Source: Octopus bimaculoides (taxonomy: Eukaryota). Taken from it: 64,000 bases of DNA. Where the stretch lies: positions 70,179,273 through 70,243,272 of the forward strand of contig NC_068983.1 of the NCBI RefSeq assembly GCF_001194135.2, given 5' to 3'. Position numbers and translations under genes: made by a program. Under the pieces are notes generated by a model, which was not told the origin of the DNA, searched no databases, and worked only from the letters and a program-made list of their open reading frames with translations. This document shows positions 1 through 13,000 of this stretch, in pieces (positions within the stretch are counted from its first letter, which is position 1; the number at the start of each line of letters is the position of its first letter).

Positions 1-45
<45 letters not shown>

Positions 46-2537
46 TTGTATACATACTAGCATGCAGGTTTGTTTCTAATTTAGAGTTACCATGTGAAAG
101 AAAGATACAGATATGCACTTAAACTCATGCATTCTTACAAACATATATATACCCATACATACTTGTATACATACGCAAACATTTGTGCATATGCACAAGC
201 CTATATACACTGGTGTGTGAGTATGCACGTGTATTCCCTCCACCATGGTGGTTCTAGGTTTCTAGACAGTGTCAATAATCTGTGTGTATAAACCATCTGT
301 GAATTATGGTATAATAACTTTGTCAAACAAATGCTATTATAGCAGTGAACAATATAAATACTAGAAATAATATAAAATGATATAAAAGACGTCAGGAGAT
401 TGATTCTCTCACAAGGTTCCTATATATATTTAGCAACAAAGACCAGGTTGCCTTTTCTCTTTCACCACTCTACACTCAAATCTATTCATTTCTCTATCAT
501 ATACATACATACATACATACATATATATATATATATAAATTATAATACAGGGTATCTAAGAGATACCGCCACGCTGAAAAATAGCAGTCAAATCCTGACT
601 CTAAAACCACAATAAATGTCCACATAGCATAAGGAGTGAATATTGATAAGATCAATATTTTAAATATCGATCTTATCCTTATTTATATATATATATATAT
701 ATATTTATAAACATAATTAAGGGATCAGCAAACATTTGCTTCACCACATACCGAAGTTCAGAAATNNNNNNNNNNNNNNNNNNNNNNNNNNNNNNNNNNN
801 NNNNNNNNNNNNNNNNNNNNNNNNNNNNNNNNNNNNNNNNNNNNNNNNNNNNNNNNNNNNNNNNNNNNNNNNNNNNNNNNNNNNNNNNNNNNNNNNNNNN
901 NNNNNNNNNNNNNNNNNNNNNNNNNNNNNNNNNNNNNNNNNNNNNNNNNNNNNNNNNNNNNNNNNNNNNNNNNNNNNNNNNNNNNNNNNNNNNNNNNNNN
1001 NNNNNNNNNNNNNNNNNNNNNNNNNNNNNNNNNNNNNNNNNNNNNNNNNNNNNNNNNNNNNNNNNNNNNNNNNNNNNNNNNNNNNNNNNNNNNNNNNNNN
1101 NNNNNNNNNNNNNNNNNNNNNNNNNNNNNNNNNNNNNNNNNNNNNNNNNNNNNNNNNNNNNNNNNNNNNNNNNNNNNNNNNNNNNNNNNNNNNNNNNNNN
1201 NNNNNNNNNNNNNNNNNNNNNNNNNNNNNNNNNNNNNNNNNNNNNNNNNNNNNNNNNNNNNNNNNNNNNNNNNNNNNNNNNNNNNNNNNNNNNNNNNNNN
1301 NNNNNNNNNNNNNNNNNNNNNNNNNNNNNNNNNNNNNNNNNNNNNNNNNNNNNNNNNNNNNNNNNNNNNNNNNNNNNNNNNNNNNNNNNNNNNNNNNNNN
1401 NNNNNNNNNNNNNNNNNNNNNNNNNNNNNNNNNNNNNNNNNNNNNNNNNNNNNNNNNNNNNNNNNNNNNNTATATATTAGATAAAGATAGCCATGGCCTG
1501 TCTATGGGGTTACCCTGAGTTTCACGTCCACCAAGCGCTTAGCTTTATGGTGTATCTTCAAACCCTATATGCGTGTGTGTGTACACATGCACATCCACCT
1601 ACCCAAGTATAATATGGGTGCATCTGCATCTCCACTTACCCAGCCCTCCCCAACGTTCTATCTCTCAATTGTTGTTCCTCATTAACCTCTCTGACATTAT
1701 GTTTTCAGTTTCCCTCCTATTACTCTTTTCTCTCAAATTGTCTTTGTTAGTCTCTCCCCTACCACTTAGTCTCTACAGTAATCCTATGTAACTCCAATAT
1801 GAAATGACTCAGATCTGACAAACCATCAACTTGTGCTGGCCTGGCAAACAGACTGATCCACTCTCATCACTGGGTTCTCCTACCGATAGAGAGATAGATG
1901 GATGGATGGACAGAGGGACTAGTGGGTGGATGAATCGAAAGTTGGGTGGGTGAGTGGATGGATGGCCAGATGGATGAGCAGATAATAATGAAGTCATTAT
2001 TTCAAAACAAGCTTAAGAATAACAGAGCCTTAATGAATGAGAATAGAGTCATATATAGGGTAAAGATCAAGTTAACGATGCTGTCAAGTTTCATGTTTTG
2101 GTTTGTTCAACCTATGAAGCAAACTTTGCTTGTTAGTGATTTTTATCTAAGATGGAAAGCCTCATCTAAAAGACAAGTGTGTATATGATGAGATTTACAT
2201 CTGTTAAAAACATTACAATGAAAGGAATTTTGATTTCATTCAAGATTGCTAAATAAATTAAAGGTAAAAGGTCAACAAATCAAATATAAATGTCAGCAGA
2301 TGGGTTGGTGAAAAAAAAAAAGAAAAGGTTAGAGAAGAAAGAAAGAAAAGAAATAGACATAAAAAGAAGAAGAATGTTAATTGGATATAGGTCAGTATTC
2401 AGTCTAGAAAGAATGGATACTTTGGCATAATTCTGGGAGCTAATAAATGATCTGAGTTAAGAATGTTTTTATATTAAAGAATGTTAATAATGTACCAATA
2501 CAATCTATGTGAAAATTTTTTAAAATTTTCTATATAA

Positions 2538-2892
2538 GGCGTAGGAGGGGCTGTGTGGTAAGTAACTTGCTAACGAACCACATGGTTCCGGGTTCAGTCC
2601 CACTGCATGGCACCTTGGGCAAGTGTCTTCTACTATAGCCTCGGGCTGACCAAAGCCTTGTGAGTGGATTTGGTAAATGGAAACTGAAAGAAGCCCATCG
2701 TATATATGAATATATATATATGTATGTGTGTGTATGTGTTTGTGTCTGTCCCCCCAACATCGCTTGACAACCGATAGAATAAGTACTAGGCTTACAAAGA
2801 ATAAGTCCTGGGGTCGATTTGCTTGACTAAATGCGGTGCTCCAGCATGGCCACAGTCAAATGACTGAAACCGGTAAAAGAATAAAAGAGTAA
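2538..2892 (+). mobile_element. tRNA-derived SINE (family C) with internal TA/TG microsatellite; other copies ~40180-40500 (-), 52355-52785 (-), 55925-56320 (+), 57110-57500 (-)
   Basis: GGCTGTGTGGTAAG...GGTTCAGTCCC head, CCTTGGGCAAGTGTCTTCTACTATAGCC core, GGTGCTCCAGCATGGCCACAGTCAAATGACTGAAAC tail recur in the listed copies. Confidence 0.85.
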
Positions 2893-3789
2893 AGTGGTGC
2901 TCTAGCCTGACCACAGCTGCATGGCTGAAACATATAAAGGAATAAATATGTGTTTGAGGATGTAAATTTCTAAAATAATTTTTAAATTTATGCCAGTAGA
3001 AGAAAAAAAATTACTATAAATTCATATTCATAGGTTCTCCATAAAAATCGTGTGAGTACATGACTTATTGTTCAACGGTGTTGCACTCATGATCTGTGGT
3101 TTCAGTTCCTGGATTAGGTGATGTCTTATGTTCTTGAGCAAAACTCTTCATTACATGTTGCTCCAGTTCACTCTGCTGGCACAGATGAGCAACGTTGAGA
3201 TGGGCTGGCATCTCATCTAGGGGATGTAGGAAGGCTCATTTTTATGTCAAGGCCCCTCCCCACTCAATCTCTCCATAACAACAAGCCTTTCTCCAACAAC
3301 TCATCTTCCTGACACCATACTCTCTTCATTCATGTTTGTCACTCACAGAATTCCACCCTCCATCTCCCCCTTCACCCTTTGCACTTTTGCAAACTTATCT
3401 GCACGTGATCTCTCCCTGACAAGTCATTCTCCCCTACAACTCATCTTCTAAACCCTCTCACTCCTCTTGTGTTCATTCACTGCATTCCATTCCCCACAAC
3501 TTCCCACTCCATTCTCACTCTTGGAGGCTTATCTGCCCACTCACTCCATCCAATCCTCTGTACCACTTCACTTATATAAACACCCCCTATAGTTTGAGGG
3601 TATGCTCTGAGACATGATTTTCACCATCTTTCTCCTCTCTCAAATGGAGTAGCCATGTATCTCCCCTTCAGCAAGATATCTGCTTCTGTCCCTAGAAACC
3701 ATGCCAATGCAGACAGTACAGCTTGGTGCAGTCATTTGGCTCACCAATTGCTGTCAAACTGTCCAATCCATGCCAGCACAGAAAGTAGA

Positions 3790-3864
<75 letters not shown>

Positions 3865-4546
3865 TGTATGTACTTGGGTGAGTAGAAAAATGAAAGAAAG
3901 AATCACTCAACACATCTAGTTGGAGTTACATATATTATTATTTAAAACAGTTTGCCTTGGCCCCATGGGACTTAAAGTTTTGTAGGTTTCTAATAGAAAC
4001 CTAGCTCATTCCACTCACTTAACTGAATGGGGATGATGCAGGAAGTCCATTGGTCAGTGCAGGTCAAATGATGTTGTTAGAAGTAAGATCAACATTTCTG
4101 TGACACCGGATGCATTAAAACGAAGAATGTCTTTGATCATGTGGCTGAATAGGAAACTGGTATCACTTTTGTGTGTGGCTAGTCCTTGTAGGGACCTGCG
4201 GGTGAGGGTGTGTGTGAGTAAGCCAGATATACGAGTGTGTAGATATGGGTGTCTGATGCCTATGCATGTGTATCTGTTTGTGTGTGTGTGTGGAGAGGTG
4301 TATGTGGGGTGTGCATGTGTATAAGCTGACGTGTAGGCAAGGGCCACTGGGCTGATCAACTGATTCCATGCTATCAAGAATAGGTTGGCTTGTAGATCAC
4401 AGAGTTTGACATAGTCAACTTCTACCCTTCTATATCAAAACCTGTTGTCCTAAAGGTCCTTATAAATTAAAGGTATATGTTTCTGTTCAAAGAGCAGACA
4501 ATTGAGTTGATCAAGCAATTGAATCCTCACCATCGAAACCCATTTG

Positions 4547-4617
<71 letters not shown>

Positions 4618-4951
4618 ATGCCCCATACACATACATAATCTTTTTTTGTCCTCTTGTTATGTCAAATATTTTTTTTCTTTCTTGGATTAAAATGATAGTA
4701 TATTAAAACTAATTACTCTGCCAGTCATTTCTGACTTCCTCCTCACTCCTTCTCCTACCAAATAACCAACCAATCAAACCTCCCTTACCAACCCTTCATC
4801 TCCTTATGCTCAATCTCTGATCTCCTATAGTTTGTAGTAAGAGTTGATATTATAACAGCAGTTGTTAATGTGGTGAGCTGGCAGAATCTTTAGCATGCTA
4901 GGCAAAATCTTAGCAGCATTTTGTCCATCCTTACATTCTGAGTTCAAATTC

Positions 4952-5184
4952 TTATTTCTTTATTGCCCACAAGGGGCTAAACATAGAGGGGACAAACAAG
5001 CATAGACAAAGGGACTAAGTCGATTACATCGACCCCAGTGCGTAACTGGTACTTAATTTATCAACCCCAAAAGAATGAAAGGCAAGGTCGACCTCGGCGG
5101 AATTTGAACTCAGAACGTAATGGCAGACGAAATACTGCTAAGCATTTCGCCCGGCGTGCTAACGTTTCTGCCAACTCGCCGCCT
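4952..5184 (-). mobile_element. tRNA-derived SINE (family D) inserted antisense into an older copy of the same family (~4870-5330); further copies ~13050-13440
   Basis: Minus strand AGGCGGCGAGTTGGCAGAAACGTTAGCACGCCGGGCG...GAGTTCAAATTCCGCCGAGGTCGAC; host sequence TTCTGAGTTCAAATTC duplicated either side. Confidence 0.78.
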
Positions 5185-5384
5185 TTCAAATTCTGAGTTC
5201 AAATTCTGGTAAAGTTGATTTTGTTCATCATTTCAGAGTTGATAAAATAAGTACTGATTGAACACTGGGGTTGATGGAATCAATTTATTCCCTCCTCTGA
5301 AATTGCTGACCTTGTACCAAAATTTGAAACCATTATAGTAGCAGTTGTTGCCATTGTAGCTATCTAAGTTGTACCTGTTGTTGT

Positions 5385-5680
5385 ACAGGCATATGGCTTT
5401 GTGGTTAGGGCATTCTGCTTACGATCATAACGCTGTGAGTTCAATTCCCGGTGGTGCATTGTGTCCCTGAGCAAGACACTTTATTTCACATTGCTCCAAT
5501 CCACTCAGCTGGCAAAAATGAGTAGTACCTGTATTACTGAATCTCCCTGAGAACTACATTAAGGGTACACATGCCTGTGGAGTGCTCAGCCACTTGCATG
5601 TTAATTTCATGAGCAAGCTGTTTCATTGATTGTATCTCCTGGGACCCTCGTCATCGTAACTGACAGAGTGCTCCTTTTCC
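5385..5680 (+). mobile_element. SINE sharing the family-B 3' domain but with a different tRNA head (reverse copy at ~9270-9590)
   Basis: GTGGTTAGGGCATTC...GAGTTCAATTCCC head, then GGGTACACATGCCTGTGGAGTGCTCAGCCACTTGCATGTTAATTTC as in family B. Confidence 0.7.
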
Positions 5681-5879
5681 CTGTTATCGTAGATACTGTA
5701 GTAAGCACATTATTGTTGATACTGCTGTTGCTACAATTGTTATTATCTAACCTCAGGTCAGTGTCTATCAAACAGATCTGTGATTAAAGACATTCTAGCC
5801 ATGACTTCCCAATATTTATCCTATGTGTAGGGAACTTAGGAACTCATTATCCAATGTTTCCTTTCCTAGGACAGTGAGG

Positions 5880-6330
5880 TGAGATTTAAGGTAAATTTGA
5901 CTGTTATTTCTGCCAGAGCCGATGGGCTGGCCCCTATGCAGATAACCCGTAGAATACACCATTTGGAGCGTGGCCATTGATCGTTACCAACGTCGCCTCC
6001 CTGGCACTTGTGCCAGTGGCACGTGAAAAGACATTCGAGCAAGATCGTTGCCAGTGCCGATGGACTGGTTCCTGTGCAGGTGGCACATAAAACACACCAT
6101 TTCGAGCGTGGCCATCGCCAGTTTCGCTTGACAGGCCCTCGTGCCGGTGGCACATAAAACACCCACTACACTCTCGGAGTGGTTGGCATTAGGAAGGGCA
6201 TCGAGCTGTAGAAACTCTGCCAAATCAGATTGGAGCCTGGTGTCGCCTCCTGGTCCACCAGTCCTCAGTTAAATCGTCCAACCCATGCTAGCATGGAAAG
6301 CGGACGTTAAACAATGATGATGATGATGAT
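5880..6330 (+). mobile_element. 5'-truncated RTE 3'-end copy with (GAT)n tail; others ~18770-18950 (-), 36545-36850 (-), 49313-49480 (+), 58100-58520 (-), 63163-63230 (-)
   Basis: Shared ACTCTCGGAGTGGTTGGC.TTAGGAAGGGCATC...CCAACCCATGCTAGCATGGAAAGCGGACGTTAAAC(GAT)n. Confidence 0.8.
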
Positions 6331-7493
6331 TTCCAGCTGATTAAGGAATTTTTATACTCTTTATTGTAGGTATTGTTTTTGTTTTTTTGTTTGGTATAAT
6401 TTTAGTTGTAGTAGTAGTAGTTGCAGATTTTTGTTGTTCTAATTCTCGTTGCTGCTGCTATTGCTACTGATACTAATGCTCTCTTTTTATTTCTAATGTA
6501 ACCATTAATGTCGCAACTGCTACTACTGTCGCTGTGGCTGTGTAAATCAGCACTTCAGCTTTTAAAAAAATGAAAAAAAAAATAGAATATTGACAAGTAG
6601 GATAAAGAGGAGAAGGGGATAGAAAGAGATTTGTCAATTTCCTCTGAGAAAGTAGGTTTCTTCAGAAAGTGTGTCTCAGTTGAAATTGGGTGATCACAAG
6701 CAAACGAGTGTTCAGTGCTAAATAGTTCAATGCTACAGATACTTGTCAGCTGCAATGACAACATTACTTCAATATCAGTTCAAGCTCTGGAGATTGACAA
6801 GCACTCTTGGATGATTTGTATATTTAGGTGCACATGTGAACCTGCAGGTATCAAGCACACATCATGCATGCAAATTAGGTGTGTGTGTATGTGTGTGTGT
6901 GTGTGTGTGTGCATGCACATGTGTTTCTATATGCATGCACATATGTATGTATCTTTATATAGATATATGCATGCATTCATGCATGTATGTATCAATATAT
7001 GTATGTTTGTATATTTGTATTATGTATGTATGCATATATGTATATATGTATGTAATGAAATAGTCGATGAAAGGTAATGACAGTGAAAGACATCAGCTGT
7101 CTTTTATTTCATTAAGAAAATTAGGTTGATCATGACAGATGAAAACAAAAGATTTCAGTATATAGCACAATCTGAAAACAGCAAGAGCTCTATGGAAATG
7201 TCCGTTGTCATAACTATGTGGCAGAGTTCATATTCACACAAAAGTTCATTATAAAATTAATATGAATAGGGAATATTTCAAACGATATCAAAAGATTTCT
7301 ATCTTGTGTGAGTCTGTGGGAATATGTATATGTGTATGTGAGAGTGTGTTCTTTTCTGCCTCCAGCTGACAACATGTTATTAAAGTGACATCAGACTTCT
7401 CATACTGTATAGAAAATGAGTGTATGAGTGAATGTCTTTTTCAATTGTACAGTTTGGTATAGTGCTGTGCTACACTGTGACAATCTCTATTAA

Positions 7494-7713
7494 CCCTCTA
7501 GTATTTAAACCAGCCATATCTGGCCAAAATAATCAACCTGTTTTATTTTCAAACTGGCCAGATCCAACCTCTCACACTTACCCTGCAATATTATTCTAAA
7601 ACTAAACAATCACATCATTGAAATCTTGAAGCTACAAGATAATGCATGATTAATTCAAAACAATGTAATTAATTAAGCATTACATTCAACAGAGAGAGCT
7701 GAATGCTAAAGGG
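7494..7713. mobile_element. piggyBac-type MITE (220 bp)
   Basis: TTAA|CCCTCTAGTATT ... AATGCTAAAGGG|TTAA: TTAA duplication, CCC/GGG termini, imperfect 12-bp TIR. Confidence 0.7.
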
Positions 7714-8300
7714 TTAAATGTGTGAATATGCAGCATTTTATACTGAAGAGTTCGCTCAAGATTGTATATATGCAAAAGCTAACTACTGAATAGTAGTGAT
7801 TTGGCTCATGAAAAAGAACAGACTCTGCTCTGTCCATGTGAAAGAGGTACAAGGAAATTTAAGTAAAAGATATATACCATGAAAGGCATTGATAAAAGAA
7901 ACTGTGTTATTGCATATGTACATGTATGTATGCATGCATGTGTCTATATTTGTTTGCATGCATATACATGTATAACTACATGCACACAGAAATTTTCTGT
8001 TATATCCCATGTTGTGAAGAATAGCATCGTTAGTTATAAGTTTCATGTGGCTAGGAAGGAAGCAACTATAATAGTGTAAATTATAATTGAACTGGAAACA
8101 GCTATGACATTATAGGCTATACCAGAAAACAGTTGATCAAAGTACTGTGCCTCTGATATGAACCCAGAATCACATTGTTGTGAAGCATTCTGTCTAACCA
8201 GACTGCCATGCACACACACACACACACACACGTGCACAAGCACACATGTGCACACACACAGACATATACATGCAAGCACACACACATGCATGCACACATG

Positions 8301-8332
<32 letters not shown>

Positions 8333-11300
8333 TTCATGCAGTATTTCAAAAATCCCTTTAACATATCCAAACCATCTGATTTCATGCTCAGTCCCTCAGT
8401 CCTTTTGTATTGCACCTTGGACAATGTCTTTATTAGAGCCCCAGTAGACTCAAACTGAGAGAAGCTTGTTGTGTACTGTAAACAATGAGTATCAGAACAA
8501 TGACATGCATATTCATTCTTAATATGTTCCAGCAAATTGAAACCTAAATATGCTAACTGTTGTATATCATCAGTGGAGAATACCCTTTCCTTTAAGACAA
8601 ACGTGTGTTCATAACACACTCAATTCATTAGGAAAAGAGGCCATTGGGACACCAGATGTTTCAACCTTGTTGAATCTCATCAGCTAAAGCTACCTCAGAC
8701 TAATAAATCTAACAAGAATTTTTGGCTCTTGTTCTGTTTCTTGCTGTTTACCCTGCACATGACAAAATTATAATCAGCTGTCAAATATCAGCAAAGATCA
8801 GCAAATGATTTTGTCTGCTGAACTGATAAACAAAGCCCAAAACTCATGTTTGATTTTTTAGTCTGGGATAGCTTTGGCTGAGGAGACACAACAAGGTCAA
8901 AACACCAAATATCCCAAATACCCCTTACCCAAATGAATCAAGTATGTTATGAATGTGCACTCATTTTACAGAAGTTGTTCTCCAATGAAATCCAACAGTA
9001 GTTAGCATATTCATGATTGAATCTGCTGGAACATATTAAGAATGAATACGTGATTGTTTTTCAAAATTTGATGTTCCTCTTTTAGTGCCAGATAAATACC
9101 TTGTCATTAGAAACATCAAGTAACAGTCATCTTTTGATGACACTGGGAGATAAAATGGTAGGAAGAGGCAGCAGAAAGCCTTAGTAAAATTGAGAGTCTG
9201 AGTTAAGAGTGAGAGAGTAAGCATTGTAATTATCATACCCTGAAAGTGCAGATAACATAAATACCCAGCACTCTATTGGCTATGATGACAATGATTCCAG
9301 TTGATCTGATCAATGGAACAGCCTGCTTATGGAATTAATGTGCAAGTGGCTGAGCACTCCACAGACATGAGTACCCTTAATGTTGTTCTCGGGGAGATTC
9401 AGTGTGATACAGAATGTGTCAAGGCTGGTCCTTTGAATTACAGGTACTACTAATTTTTGCCAGCTGAATGGACTACGATAACATGGAATAAAGTGTCTTG
9501 ATCAGGGACACAATGTGCCACCAGGAATTGAACTCATGACCTTACGATCATGAGCCAAATATCCTAACCAGTAAGCCACATGCTAGAATATTACGCGTAT
9601 AAATTTTTTCAGTGTTTGATATGTCAACAATACTGCAGAAGGAAAAAATAAAGAACAAAGTCTAGTTGGCTAAATATTTGATATTTTTCTGGACCAACAA
9701 ATTAAAGTATCACAGAAGTGATGAGTTGAATTTTTAGCTTATATAAGGAAAATATAATGCAAAAGAAAACTTTGTAAATATTTGTAAATATTTGTAAAAT
9801 CTCATGCTGTATTATCATATTATGATGATATCATTGTAATTAATAGTTAAATAATATCATTTTTATTGATTACATATTTATTGCAAAGAAGAAATTTATT
9901 TTATTTTGAATTTTAGAAACCTTACCATTTTCAAAATTAAAGATGAATTTCATTATTTGTATAATCTCCATGAAATTTGATACAAGTAAAATTATAATTA
10001 GTAACTTTACTTGATATTACTGAGTCATATAAGCATATACCTATGTTAAAGCATTGTCATATGATGAGTTAACACTCTACAAATGATATTGCTTGTTGGT
10101 TGCTTGGTAATGCTAAAAATATCATATTACGATATGTAGAATTAATGTATTATATCCAGTATCAATAAATAAATAAGCAGTAGTATTTATTTAGTTTAAT
10201 CTATTTTAATTTATAAATATATTTATATTTTGAAAACTAGTTTTCATTTCATTGTTTTGAATGTGCACAATTTAAAATCATAATTATTGTAATCACCTCA
10301 TTTTACACAAAAGTATATTCCCTTAACTACCCATCATGACAGATATATATCATTGTTGTTGACTTGTTGTTATCCACTGTGACAGTGGCAGTGGTGTCAT
10401 CATCACCATCATCTCACTTTTGCATCCACTTTTTCATGCTTGCTAGGGCTAGATGGAATTTGTTAAGGCGACTTTTCTATAGCGAGACCCCCGTCCTGTT
10501 TCCAAGCAAGGTAATATTTCCCCATGATTAGACACGCTTACTCAGAAGACTAGAAACAAATGACACCACTTGCATAACAGTGACACTCTTTTACATTTGT
10601 TATTTATTATTATTTTTTAAAAATCGTGGTAGAGGCTTTGGTCTCGGGACCACTCATGTCTAGAAACTGCGGTTGGGGGTAAGCAAGGGTATGCTCCCTG
10701 TAGAAAATCCAGCTCCAAAAAAGCCTCGTGATAGCAAAGGAGAATGGGCACCAGCCAGCCCAAAGGTTGGGGTGGGCTGCACCTGCTTATCTTGGTTGCT
10801 ATGGCATTGAGATAGATCCGGCCACCTGCTACTAACAGGGACAATACCCAGATTTAAAACACTGGATGATAACGATGATGATGTGATATCAAGATAAGGA
10901 AGCACACAAACAAACACATGAGCTTCTTTCACACACATGAGCTCCTTTCAGTTTTTGTTGACTAAATCCACTTTGTCAGTGCAGGACTACAGTAAAAAAC
11001 ACACTTTCCCAAGGAGCCATGCAGTTGGACTCAACATAAAAACACATGGCTGTGAAGCAAAGTTCTTAAACACATAGCCACAATTACATATAATCAGTAT
11101 TGAAAATTAGTTTTGTGAATTAGGAATATGAGAAGGCTACGTCCAGGGCATGCACATGGGATTAGAGTGGATCCATCAGGAATGAGCAAAGTTTATTTTT
11201 GGTCTTTAAATTTAGCATTAAATATGCATGGTCATATCATATGAAGTTAATAATCATAACAGATTATAGTTCTGGTGAAGATGCAGGCTAAATAATTCTC

Positions 11301-11844
11301 TATATTATATATAAGCAACATTACAAGCAGGTTCAAAACTTCACAAATTATAATCACAAAGATCAACAATTAGTGCTCTCAATGATGAGTGGGCAAAATC
11401 ACAACAATTGGTTTGTTGAGATATTGAAGTTATGACCATTTCTGAATTTAAAAATTCTGAATTTAGTGATAAAATATTGGCACCTCTTCAAAAATATTGG
11501 TGCTATTGGACAAAAGTGTACCAAATTAAATACAAAACACTTTCATTGTCAAATACTTTCAATCTTTGAATTCTTTCTTTATAGAACTTGTTTACTCTTT
11601 TTGAATATAAATATATGTACTGAAGTGTCAATTGTTTATGTCCACTTTATAGCAATGAATCTATTTGAAATTAAATTGTAAAATAATCTATACAGAATTG
11701 CAAATCAATGGCTATAGAACAAATTAGTTTTATATTTCAAAAAGAAATGAGCATTATATTTTTACTTTAAGAACAGCAAATCTGTAATATAAATACACAA
11801 TTACAGGACATATAATCACATTTAGTAACAACAACAACAATAAT

Positions 11845-13000
11845 CATCATCATCATTTAACGTCCATTTTCCATATTGGCATGAGTTGGACGATTTGACT
11901 GAGGTCTGGAGAGCCAGCAGCTGCACCAGGCCCCAAATTGATCTGACAATGCTTTTACAGCTGGATGCCCTTCTTAATGCCAACCACTCCGAGAGTGTAG
12001 TCGTTGCTTTTTACATGCCACCGGCACAGGAGTCAGTCAGGTGGGCCTGGTATCAAACACGTTCAGATAATGCTTTTTACGTGCCACCAGTTTGAAAATA
12101 AAACAGTGGGTACTGGCATCAGCCATGTTCGGATGGTACTTTTTACGTGCCACGGCACGAGAGCCAGTCAGTGAGTACTGGCATCGGACACATTCAGATG
12201 GTGCTTTTTACATGCCACCGGCATGGGAGCCAGTCAGGTGGACCTAGCATCGACTGTGTTCAGATGGTGCTTTTAACGTGCCACCAGCATGGGAGCCAGT
12301 CAGGGGGCCTGGCCACAGCTATGATATTGGTTTTACTTGACCCAACAGGTCTTCTCAAGCATATCATATTGCCTGAAACATCAGAGGTACTTTTATCTGG
12401 GCCAGACATGCGTAGTTGTGATCTTACATAACACATGGCCTTACCAGTGTAGTCATCTCTCTTGCACAACACATTTGATGCTTCTTATGCCCAACTTTTC
12501 TCTCAGGATACTTACACTCTAATGTGTATGCACACTGACATTACACATCCAGTAGATCATACTAGTTTCATTTCTCTCAAGCATGTCCTCAACAGTCATG
12601 GTCCATGTTTCACTGCCGTGTAGCATGGCAGTTCACACACATGCATCATACAGTCTACTTTTCACCTTGAGCAGGAGGTTTTAGTTGCCAGCAGAGGTAG
12701 GAGCTCTTTGAACTTTACCCAAGCTATTCTTATTCTAGCCACTACACTCTCAGAGCAACCACCCTCACTACAGACTTGGTCGCCTAAGTAGTGGAAGCTA
12801 TTAACTACTTCTAGTTTCTAGCCTTGGCATCTGATGGAATCTGTTTTCTGTATGTCTTCAGTGTTTATTGCCCCTGTGCATTTGCCAAACACATAAACTA
12901 TTTTCCTGGATAAACTTCCTTTGATGTTGTTGCACCTTTTATGTGTTCATAGCTTACTCCGGGTACATCGTATGGAGTTTCTACCCACACCTTTCCTACA
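11845..13000 (-). mobile_element. RTE-clade LINE 3' fragment with ~65-bp tandem modules in the 3' UTR
   Basis: Same family as 16212-17305 in reverse (AGGTAGGAGCTCTTTGAACTT..CCAAGCTATTCTTATTCTAGC). Five TGCTTTTTACGTGCCACC-containing modules at ~12005-12310. Confidence 0.8.

Noticed and set aside
736-1518. 260-aa ORF and other X-rich ORFs (15797-16171, 29860-30354, 48829-49318)
   Set aside because: Open only because they run through N gaps.
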